A stretch of DNA of 37,213 nucleotides, taken from NCBI GenBank assembly GCA_003661385.1, contig QMWA01000003.1, positions 1-37,213 on the forward strand, in the 5' to 3' direction. The stretch is from Thermoproteota archaeon (GTDB lineage: Archaea; Korarchaeota; Korarchaeia; B14-G2). The notes under the pieces were generated by a model. It was not told where the DNA came from. It saw nothing but the letters and a program-made list of their open reading frames with translations, and did not search any database. The translations under genes were made by a program, and so were the position numbers. Of this stretch, positions 28,087-35,867 are shown in pieces (the first letter of the stretch is position 1; each line of letters begins with the position of its first letter).

Positions 28087-28284
28087 CTCAATGTCAGACT
28101 CTGTTACAGTCTTCCTGCCAGCGTGTCGGGCTAGCTTAACTGCCCTCTCAGCTACCTTAGCAGCGTACCTCTCAATCTCCTTTGCAAGAGCTCTCTTTGC
28201 ACTGTCTGAAACCCTCTCTGCGCCAGCAGCTTTGAGTATCCTATACATAGCTGCTAGAGGTAGTTCAGTAGTTCTTCTCCCCAT
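28075..28284 (-). CDS. archaeal histone (HMf-like singlet)
   Basis: ELP.A...RILK.AGAERVS..A, A.HAGRKTV...DIELA histone-fold signature. Confidence 0.95.
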   Translation of the reverse strand: MGRRTTELPLAAMYRILKAAGAERVSDSAKRALAKEIERYAAKVAERAVKLARHAGRKTVTESDIELAK

Positions 28285-28350
28285 ATCACATTACACCACT
28301 CAGGGTCTTTTCCAGTAGGCTGGTATACTACAAATACACCTTCAGAAATC

Positions 28351-28365
28351 ATTTATAAACTTTTG
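28351..28365 (-). promoter_or_regulatory. strong BRE/TATA promoter for the histone gene
   Basis: Minus strand reads CAAAAG-TTTATAAAT; implies a 5' UTR of roughly 40-45 nt. Confidence 0.6.
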
Positions 28366-28588
28366 TTTGCTCTTTGCCTACTACCTCCCTGAATAGGCAT
28401 GATGATAGCCTGTGGTATATGGTAATGTCTTTTATTAGGATAATGAAGCTCAAATTGATAGCTAATAGCACTTCTGAATCAGGTTAATATCCATATTCTG
28501 ATAGGAGTGAAATTTAATCTAAGACGTTGAATGAAGGCTTGAGCTGCAAGCGATCTCCTCCCAGAACACTGCTGTACTCTCTCATCTA

Positions 28589-28840
28589 CTATATTACTCC
28601 TTGCTCAACTGTGATAAACAGTATATTATTCCCTCTGATGAATATCTTACCATATTTCCTTATTGCTTGTGAATTTACAGCTTCGCACTCTGTTGCATCT
28701 GATATTATCATATTCATAAACCGATCGCAGTTTTCTAGTCTACCTCTTATCTCAACTCCACTCTTTAGTCTTATCTTGACCAGTGTCCCAGTATACTTCT
28801 TCAGCAGTGTCAGAGGATCTAGAGAGCTTTTACTTGCCAT
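28589..28840 (-). CDS. Sm-like archaeal protein (SmAP2-like)
   Basis: Sm1 motif (V.I.LKSG.E.RG.L...D..MN..I.D), Sm2 motif KYGKIFIRGNNILFI; no adjacent eL37 gene, unlike typical SmAP1. Confidence 0.92.
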   Translation of the reverse strand: MASKSSLDPLTLLKKYTGTLVKIRLKSGVEIRGRLENCDRFMNMIISDATECEAVNSQAIRKYGKIFIRGNNILFITVEQGVI

Positions 28841-28910
28841 ACCATCACCTTCATGGCTTACATTCCATGCCTAACATGGGTACAGCAAGTTTACCATTTC
28901 TTTCACCACT

Positions 28911-29384
28911 CTACTTTCTCAATTTAACCTTTCTCCTCCTAGGCTTATAGGTTTCAGTCAGCCTATCCATGAACCTAACCCAGAGTGCATAGATTAAATA
29001 TGTACTTAATATGAATATAGCCCCTGCTGGCATCCAATTTGAGTATGCAAGCGTTGTTGGAAGGGCTATTACCCCAAGCACACCTGCTAGCACTGTTATT
29101 CTCCTAAATGCCCTGAAATACTCTTCGAAGTCTAGCCTGTAGAGCTTACTACACTTTGTTTTATCATAGTAGTCAATATAGAGGAATGCTATGAATGCCA
29201 TGAAGAAGAACGCGTAGCCCAGTGCTATTCTTCCTAAACTGACCAGCTCAGACGATATGAAGTCTTCTTCGATCAAAGTTGATGCCAGAAGGCCAAGTGA
29301 AGGTATGAAGGTGCTCCACATAACGATAAGGCTTCCTCTTACTCTATAGCTTTCCATCTGATTCTCTGCCAAACTACGCCCCAT
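28911..29384 (-). CDS. hypothetical membrane protein (about 4 TM helices, basic C-terminal tail)
   Basis: Four hydrophobic segments; CTTAAATA box at 29403-29410 suggests a near-leaderless transcript. Confidence 0.7.
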   Translation of the reverse strand: MGRSLAENQMESYRVRGSLIVMWSTFIPSLGLLASTLIEEDFISSELVSLGRIALGYAFFFMAFIAFLYIDYYDKTKCSKLYRLDFEEYFRAFRRITVLAGVLGVIALPTTLAYSNWMPAGAIFILSTYLIYALWVRFMDRLTETYKPRRRKVKLRK

Positions 29385-29450
29385 TGCAGCTATTAGGACA
29401 GGTATTTAAGTATTTCTATTCGTTAGAAGCCAAAAATAGGAATATGGGGG

Positions 29451-31469
29451 TTATTTACGTGTAAATGCTCTGATAGTTACTACTATCGCTGGCACTAGCG
29501 AGATAACGAGGAATATGCCTCCCAGCAACTTTGTGGAAGCTATTCCTGCTATCTCAGCTATGCCTACGTCTCTCACTGTAACCGTTATGGCCGTGAATAT
29601 GACCATTAAGATGCCTCCTGTAGCAAGCCCTGCTGCAAATGGGACGCCAATGCTCTCATATGTCTTGGTTCCTCCATACCTGAGAGTTAAGTACTTAGCT
29701 ATAGCGGTGACGAGGTATAGTAGCCCGTATCGTGGTATCAGCAGCCCGAATAGTATCCCATAGACGCTTAATGGGAACCCTGGTGCAAAAACTCTGAGCA
29801 CTATGATGGCTGCACCTAGTAGGAATCCTCCGAAGAATGAGCTTGCTCTCCAGTCTAGGAAGCTTCTTCTCATTGACCTCTCCCCTACCTCTCCCATATA
29901 GCTTGACATGAACCTCATTGTGGCCAGCGCTCCACCGAACTTGTGCATTAGAGTTACTACCAACACAAGTCCTATAGTGAACATGAAGAGAGCTCCTATG
30001 ACCTGTGCAATGAACATATCTCTTGGTCTCATTCCTGTCAGGAAGGCGAACCTAAAGGTCTCCATTGAGGCAACTCCACCAGCTGCTGCGGCCTCCGTTA
30101 CTATGGTGTTCCCCCAGCCTGTTATGAAGCCTATCTTGCTATTAGGGTTGTATACTCCAGTTCTGAAGAAGATCCAGTCGTAGAATGCTCTCATCTGGTA
30201 GCCGTGGGGTATCATCCAATCTCCCATACCTATGCTTCTCATGTATGCGTGGAAGTAGCCCATTTGCATTAGCAGCATGATGATGGTCAGTGGAGCCGGC
30301 AACCCTATTTTCACAAATATCCCTAGCGCTATCAGGAATAGTGCTGCCATACCCAGCCACATGTACCTGTAGGGCATGGGCTCCGTCTCTTTTTCATCTG
30401 GTTGCGGCCTTGCTATCCTTGACAAGGTGTCCTTTAGGTACCTGTATGCTATGAATATCGGTACGACGCCTATTGCCAGATACAGCCCATCTCCGAGGTG
30501 CCAGTATCCTATGCCATGTGTTGCCGACTCTATCAGGTAGTCAGTGTACGTTTGGTCTGGAGTATAGCTTAACCACCCTGCCTTAACTTGTATGCTTGCT
30601 AAAATCACGTAGAAGAAGATCGATGCTATGAACGTCGTAATCTGTACCTCCAGTGGTATTAGGTAGAACCAGCATACCAGGTCTGGTGTCGCTTCAGGGA
30701 ACATGAGTGCTGACCCTGGTAGGACCTTCTGCAGCCTTCCAGTAAAGTCCCTCTCTGTGCTTAACCCTTCCCATTTTACTCCCATGGCTGTAAGCAGGCT
30801 GTCTGGTAGCAGTAGCCCCCAGACAAGCCCTATGAGGAGCCCAAGCCACAGCCACTTTGCTCTTTCAGGGTGCTCCTTTGCAGCTGTTATCCTCACGACA
30901 GCAGCAGCAGCTGTTGCAACTGGGAATGGCATCCTTTCGACCTCTATCACCTGTCTTCTGAACGGTAGTATCGTGAAGACTGACAGCATGAAGAGTACTA
31001 GCCCTAATATCATGTAAAATGCTAGTGGAACAGCCCACTCCCCCCACGTAACGGGGCCTCCCTTAGCAGCTGCCTTCAATACGCTTTTACTGGCTGGAGC
31101 CATGTATGATGGCAGGAACTCAGCGTACTTTCTGAACTGTGGAGCTATGAAGATGTAGACTGTGCTTGGGAATGCAAACTGGTACCCTAAGGCTGCACAG
31201 CATGCTGTCTCTGTTATGCCATACACTACTCCATACTCCTCTGGTCTAGCCTTCCCTCCTAGCAGGCTGAATACGGCGTAAGTCACTACCATCATGGCCG
31301 CAGCTGCTTCTCCTGTCCACATGTATCCTCCTATGACGCCCATGATTATCTGCGAGATAACCCACACAAAACCCATGATTAACCCTAGCACCAGAGCTCT
31401 CACTGTAAACGCCTTGTACACCACTTCCTCAGATGTCCCGTATACTTCTGTCTTAGTAGCCTCCTCCAA
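29451..31469 (-). CDS. OPT/YSL-superfamily-like multi-pass membrane transporter
   Basis: FTVRALVLG, PFRRQ.IEVERMPFP.A, W..W.VP, K.LTLRYGG.K.YE..G.PFA.G; more than 14 hydrophobic segments; TTG at 31469 after a GGTGGTGA SD (ORF track starts at 31541). Confidence 0.8.
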   Translation of the reverse strand: MEEATKTEVYGTSEEVVYKAFTVRALVLGLIMGFVWVISQIIMGVIGGYMWTGEAAAAMMVVTYAVFSLLGGKARPEEYGVVYGITETACCAALGYQFAFPSTVYIFIAPQFRKYAEFLPSYMAPASKSVLKAAAKGGPVTWGEWAVPLAFYMILGLVLFMLSVFTILPFRRQVIEVERMPFPVATAAAAVVRITAAKEHPERAKWLWLGLLIGLVWGLLLPDSLLTAMGVKWEGLSTERDFTGRLQKVLPGSALMFPEATPDLVCWFYLIPLEVQITTFIASIFFYVILASIQVKAGWLSYTPDQTYTDYLIESATHGIGYWHLGDGLYLAIGVVPIFIAYRYLKDTLSRIARPQPDEKETEPMPYRYMWLGMAALFLIALGIFVKIGLPAPLTIIMLLMQMGYFHAYMRSIGMGDWMIPHGYQMRAFYDWIFFRTGVYNPNSKIGFITGWGNTIVTEAAAAGGVASMETFRFAFLTGMRPRDMFIAQVIGALFMFTIGLVLVVTLMHKFGGALATMRFMSSYMGEVGERSMRRSFLDWRASSFFGGFLLGAAIIVLRVFAPGFPLSVYGILFGLLIPRYGLLYLVTAIAKYLTLRYGGTKTYESIGVPFAAGLATGGILMVIFTAITVTVRDVGIAEIAGIASTKLLGGIFLVISLVPAIVVTIRAFTRK

Positions 31470-31805
31470 TTCACCACCTCGGCGCCTCTGTCCACTAAGT
31501 CGTGTGCTTATATTCGTTGCGTCACATGCTTTAGGAAGCATTTTACACCATAGACCTTCAATTTTGCTGGGGGGTTACTGGCCTGCTATAGGGGCTCCTT
31601 CAGAAAGGGTTTGTGCACAGCCTAGCTGCTCTACAAAGCTTAAGTGCATTCTGTACTCGCTGTTCACTAGTTGCTCAAACATCCGTGGAGGAAGCCAGCT
31701 GCATCTAGGCTTTACTACAGCTATAGTTCCTAACACTGGAGTACAAGGTAACTGTTTAATACCTCTTATGGCAAACCCTCAGTGGGTGTAGAGCACCAGG
31801 TGAAT

Positions 31806-33071
31806 ATGATGAGTTCAAAGAAGGAACATGTTAACGTGGTGTTGGCAGGGCATGTCGATCATGGAAAGTCTACCATGCTAGGTAGGCTGTTCTATGACAT
31901 GGGTAAGGTAAAGGATCTCCCACCAGAGGAGGAGGCAGGGTCGTTCAGGTTCGCATGGCTCTGCGACAGGCTAAAGGAAGAGAGGTCAAGAGGTCTGACG
32001 ATAGACCTGTTTCACGAGGCAATAGAGACACCCCACAAGTACATCACAGTGATAGACGCACCAGGCCACGCAGACTTCATTAAGAACATGATAACAGGGG
32101 CAAGCCAAGCTGATGCAGCTATCCTAGTGATATCAGCAAAGAGGGGTGAAGGTGTCCAGGAGCAGACTCGAGAGCACGCATACCTCCTAAAGGTTCTTGG
32201 TGTGAACCAGCTGATCGTAGCCATATCTAAGATGGACACCGTAGACTACAGCAAGGAGAGGTTTGAGGAAATCAAAGAAGAGGCAATGGAGCTGCTAAGG
32301 CAGGTAGGATACCCAGTAGATAAGATACCATTCATACCAGTGTCAGGTTGGGTTGGCGACAATGTGTACAAGAGAAGCGACAAGATGCCCTGGTATGATG
32401 GGCCAACACTCTACGAGGCACTAGACACAGTGAGCACGCCGCCAAAGCCCGTCGATAAGCCCCTAAGGATACCTATACAAGATGTGTTCACCATAACTGG
32501 AGTAGGCTTAGTCCCTGTAGGTAGAGTCGTAACTGGGGTGCTAAAACCAGGCGACAAAATCATTGTGGAGCCAACTGGAGCTGTAGGAGAAGTCAGAAGC
32601 ATAGAAATGCATCACAAGAGGCTAGATAAAGCTGAGCCAGGAGATAACATAGGATTTAACGTTAAGGGCATCGAAAAGAAGCTCGTGTACAGGGGCTGCG
32701 TTGTCGGTCACCCAGACAACCCGCCAACAGTAGCAGAGGAGTTCACAGCTCAAATAGTCATAACAAGACACCCAACAGCAATCTCAGTAGGGTACACGCC
32801 GGTGATACATGTCCACACAGCTCACATGGCGTCAAAGATCATAGAAATAGTAGACAAGAGAGACCCGAGAACAGGACAGGTGATAGAGAAGAACCCAAGC
32901 TTCATAAAGAAAGGTGACATTGCAATAGTGAAGTTCAGGCCAATAAGGCCTCTAGTGATCGAAAGGAGGCAAGACTTCGATCAACTGGGGAGGTTTGCCA
33001 TCAGAGACATGGGAATGACCATAGGAGCAGGAATAGTCTTGGATGTGAAGAAGGTAGAGAAAAAGAGGTAG
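31806..33071 (+). CDS. tuf: translation elongation factor EF-1alpha
   Basis: GHVDHGKST, ERSRGLTID, DAPGHADFIKNMITGASQAD, QTREH, KPLRIPIQDV, PGDNIGFNV, GRFAIRDMG; ATG at 31806 after GGTGA; followed by uS10. Confidence 0.97.
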   Translation: MMSSKKEHVNVVLAGHVDHGKSTMLGRLFYDMGKVKDLPPEEEAGSFRFAWLCDRLKEERSRGLTIDLFHEAIETPHKYITVIDAPGHADFIKNMITGASQADAAILVISAKRGEGVQEQTREHAYLLKVLGVNQLIVAISKMDTVDYSKERFEEIKEEAMELLRQVGYPVDKIPFIPVSGWVGDNVYKRSDKMPWYDGPTLYEALDTVSTPPKPVDKPLRIPIQDVFTITGVGLVPVGRVVTGVLKPGDKIIVEPTGAVGEVRSIEMHHKRLDKAEPGDNIGFNVKGIEKKLVYRGCVVGHPDNPPTVAEEFTAQIVITRHPTAISVGYTPVIHVHTAHMASKIIEIVDKRDPRTGQVIEKNPSFIKKGDIAIVKFRPIRPLVIERRQDFDQLGRFAIRDMGMTIGAGIVLDVKKVEKKR

Positions 33072-33102
33072 CCACCACACTCTACTTATTTGGTGACCTC
33101 GA

Positions 33103-33414
33103 TTGGAGGCTAAAATCAGGATAGAGCTTGTCAGCACGAACTACAAGTCACTTGAGAGAGTATGTGAGGAGATAAAGGAGGTTGCCCGGAAGTCTGGTGT
33201 AAACATAATAGGCCCAATACCCTTGCCAACAAAAAGGCTCAAAATAACAACCAGAAAGAGCCCATGTGGCGAAGGAGGGAAAACATGGGACCGCTGGGAG
33301 CTAAGAATACACAAGAGGATAATAGACATACCTTCACCAGATGAGCGATTTATGAGAAGGATAATGAGCATAACAATCCCAGAGGATGTGAGGATAGCTG
33401 TTAGACTTCCATAA
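33103..33414 (+). CDS. rps10: 30S ribosomal protein uS10
   Basis: GPIPLPTK.L...[24 protein letters not shown]. Confidence 0.98.
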   Translation: MEAKIRIELVSTNYKSLERVCEEIKEVARKSGVNIIGPIPLPTKRLKITTRKSPCGEGGKTWDRWELRIHKRIIDIPSPDERFMRRIMSITIPEDVRIAVRLP

Positions 33415-33542
33415 TGCCTAGACACTTTCTATTTTCGTTGCAAGTTGCAATAGTGTTTACTCAATTGTCTAAGCAGCCGTAGATAGCCAGGTGATGCCTG
33501 TTAATAGCACTTGCTTAATGCCCTCCTCTCGGTTTAAAGGAG

Positions 33543-33625
33543 CGCCGGGGGTGGGATTCGAACCCACGCGGCCACAAGGCCACCGGCTCTCAAGGCCGGC
33601 CCTTTGTCCTCTCAGGCACCCCGGC
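33543..33625 (-). tRNA. tRNA-Ser (anticodon UGA), long variable arm, CCA not encoded
   Basis: Minus strand GCCGGGG..CCT/AGG..CCGGC-CTTGAGA-GCCGG, variable arm GGCC-TTGT-GGCC, GTGGG-TTCGAAT-CCCAC, CCCCGGC-G. Confidence 0.96.
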
Positions 33626-33627
33626 GC

Positions 33628-34023
33628 TTACTTAAGTGGCAGATACTTGCTTGATCTAGTAGCTCCCTTTCCAGGTCTTCCATGTCTGACTATCTTTGTT
33701 GTTGGGGCAAATTCTCCTAGGTAGTGGCCTATCATCTCTGGTGTTATTGTAACTTCTATCCATTCCTTCCCGTTGTATATCTGGAATGTCATGCCGACCA
33801 TCTCTGGAAGTATCGGCATGTCTCTTCTGTGTGTCCTTATTGGCTTCTGTATTCCTCTTTCTTGCATCCTCCTGATTTTCTCGAGAAGCTTTCTGTTCTC
33901 AGGGTGGAGTCCTCTCAGCAGAGACCTCCTTATCCTAGCTGGTAGTATCTTCACTAGCTCATCCATTGGCATCCTCCTTAACTCCTCTATGGTATATCCC
34001 TTGTAGGTCTGTGACACACTCAT
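33628..34023 (-). CDS. rps19: 30S ribosomal protein uS19
   Basis: [54 protein letters not shown]; ATG at 34023 after GGTGA. Confidence 0.98.
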   Translation of the reverse strand: MSVSQTYKGYTIEELRRMPMDELVKILPARIRRSLLRGLHPENRKLLEKIRRMQERGIQKPIRTHRRDMPILPEMVGMTFQIYNGKEWIEVTITPEMIGHYLGEFAPTTKIVRHGRPGKGATRSSKYLPLK

Positions 34024-34064
34024 GCTATCACCTACCTGCACTCCAGCACTTTTATTCCTTTCCT

Positions 34065-34820
34065 CTAGGTTCTTCTTGTCTTCCTGAGCTTCTTTCCTCT
34101 GCCTGTCTTGCGGGCTGCTATGTGCCCAACTTTCTGCCCAGGTGGTGCTGTCCTCTTGACTGTTGTTGGTTTACCCGGTCTTCTATGAGATCCTCCTCCA
34201 TGTGGGTGGCTGCATGGGTTCATGACGTTCCCCCTGACCACCGGCCACTTCGTGGCCTTGACCTTCATTGCATAGTACTTTGTCCCAGCCTTAAGGAAGG
34301 GCTTCTCCTTTCTACCTCCACATGCCACTACCCCAATGGTTGCTCTGCACTTTGAGGAGAGCACTTTCTCTCGTCCACTTGGAAGCCTTATCACAGTTGC
34401 GTCTTCCTTGTGTGCGACTACTGTAGCGTAGGCCCCTGCTGCCCTGACCAGCCTACCGCCATCTCCTGGCCTTAGCTCAATGTTGCAGACTAAGACTCCC
34501 TCAGGTATGTTGCCGAGAGGTAGGATGTTTCCTATCTTTAAGCCAGCCCCCTCTCCTATCTCTATTGTATCTCCTAAGAAGACGCCTTCAGGTGGTATGT
34601 AGTAGAAGATGTCGCCGTCTGGGAGCTTGACTTTAGCTAGAGGCGCTGACCTCCCTGGCTCGTGCAGGAACTCCACCACCTGAGCTTCAACCGGCTGCTG
34701 TCTGAGCTCTGCTAGCTTAAGCGTTGTGGGATACCTTGCTGGTGCTATTTTCAGGTGTTTCCTAGACCTGAAGTTTATGCCGCCTCTACCCTTCCTCTGG
34801 ACAAGTATCCTCTTGCCCAC
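34065..34820 (-). CDS. rpl2: 50S ribosomal protein uL2
   Basis: GKRI..QRKGRG, HEPGR.AP, NIE..PGDGG, WP.VRG..MN...[21 protein letters not shown]; GTG at 34820. Confidence 0.98.
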   Translation of the reverse strand: MGKRILVQRKGRGGINFRSRKHLKIAPARYPTTLKLAELRQQPVEAQVVEFLHEPGRSAPLAKVKLPDGDIFYYIPPEGVFLGDTIEIGEGAGLKIGNILPLGNIPEGVLVCNIELRPGDGGRLVRAAGAYATVVAHKEDATVIRLPSGREKVLSSKCRATIGVVACGGRKEKPFLKAGTKYYAMKVKATKWPVVRGNVMNPCSHPHGGGSHRRPGKPTTVKRTAPPGQKVGHIAARKTGRGKKLRKTRRT

Positions 34821-34831
34821 ACTAATCACCC

Positions 34832-35098
34832 TCACAATATACCTAGCCTAGTTGCTATGTCTGATGCAGAGTACTCTGGTGCTAACTTTACATAAGCTTT
34901 TTTCAAGCCTCTAGGAGTTATCAGTGTGTTGACTTTCACCACCCTTACATCGAAGGCTTCTTCAACAGCTCTCTTAATCTGGTGCTTATTAGCCCACTTA
35001 GCCACATAGAATGTTAGCTTATTCTCCTTCTCTATAAGCCTCAGAGCCTTCTCTGTAGCCAGCGGCCTTATTAATATGTCATATGGGTTTGACTTCAT
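34832..35098 (-). CDS. rpl23: 50S ribosomal protein uL23
   Basis: P..TEKA...[26 protein letters not shown]. Confidence 0.98.
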   Translation of the reverse strand: MKSNPYDILIRPLATEKALRLIEKENKLTFYVAKWANKHQIKRAVEEAFDVRVVKVNTLITPRGLKKAYVKLAPEYSASDIATRLGIL

Positions 35099-35867
35099 TC
35101 AGCTCACCTAGAGCTTTAGCACTCCATATTGTAAGCCTACCTGGTTCTCCTCCAGGTGCTAGGTGTATCACGCTCAGGCTGCTTACAGGCTCAACTTGAA
35201 CCCCCGGTATGTTCCTAGCTGCCTTCCTGAGCGGGCAGTGTGGTGTAGAGACAATGAGCAAAGGCCCGCTCACACTCTTTCTCCTTCTCCCTCTCATCTT
35301 GCCTCTACCTGCCCTCTCGTGGCTCCATCTTCTCTTACACCTCTCCAGCTCCTTTTCCAGTCCAAGCTTAGCAAGAAGCTTGTAAACTACTCTGGTTCTG
35401 TCCACTTCCTCTATCTCATCCTCGACTACTATCGGCAGCTTAATTCCCTCTGGCACCCTATGCCCTCTCTTTCTAACTAGCTCCTCACTTGCTGTTGCAG
35501 CTATCGCTGAAAACCTCGCTATTCTCTTCTCTTTTCTGTTTATCCCCTCTGCTACCACTTTATCTGCCTTCGGTGGATGCGCTCTGAAGCCTCCCACGGT
35601 CATCGGTGCTCTGGCTGCTCTGCGAGACCCCCTTATCCTCGGCACTCTAGCTATGCCATACCCTGCACCAAGCGACTCGGCTGATGTCCTCTTTCCCGCA
35701 TACTCGTCTACTCCCTTCGGCTGAAACTTAGCTGAGAGAGATGCTATATAAGCTCTCCTAATGATATCAAATCTCACTGGCATTTCGAATACCTGAGGTA
35801 GCTCCACTTCTCCCTTCTTCTCTCCCTCAATGGAGTAGAGCGGAACCTGTTTACTCACCTCAACCAC
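35079..35867 (-). CDS. rpl4: 50S ribosomal protein uL4
   Basis: [55 protein letters not shown]. Confidence 0.98.
   Translation of the reverse strand: MVEVSKQVPLYSIEGEKKGEVELPQVFEMPVRFDIIRRAYIASLSAKFQPKGVDEYAGKRTSAESLGAGYGIARVPRIRGSRRAARAPMTVGGFRAHPPKADKVVAEGINRKEKRIARFSAIAATASEELVRKRGHRVPEGIKLPIVVEDEIEEVDRTRVVYKLLAKLGLEKELERCKRRWSHERAGRGKMRGRRRKSVSGPLLIVSTPHCPLRKAARNIPGVQVEPVSSLSVIHLAPGGEPGRLTIWSAKALGELNEVKPI

Noticed and set aside
23225-28284. Elp3 as a histone acetyltransferase system with the nearby histone
   Set aside because: Elp3 is established as a tRNA U34 enzyme, the histone extension has no Lys, and the genes are not co-transcribed
28527-28874. 115-aa plus-strand ORF in the histone/Sm region
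   Set aside because: Mostly antisense to the Sm gene, with no SD or motif
31685-31760. GAGGAAGCCAGC resembling the RNase P RNA P4 5' strand or an SRP RNA motif
   Set aside because: No matching 3' P4 element and no SRP helix 8; not GC-rich enough for a thermophile structural RNA
9585-33625. Integrated element bounded by tRNA att sites
   Set aside because: The two tRNAs share only generic T-arm similarity; no duplicated 3' end, no integrase, and the content between them is housekeeping
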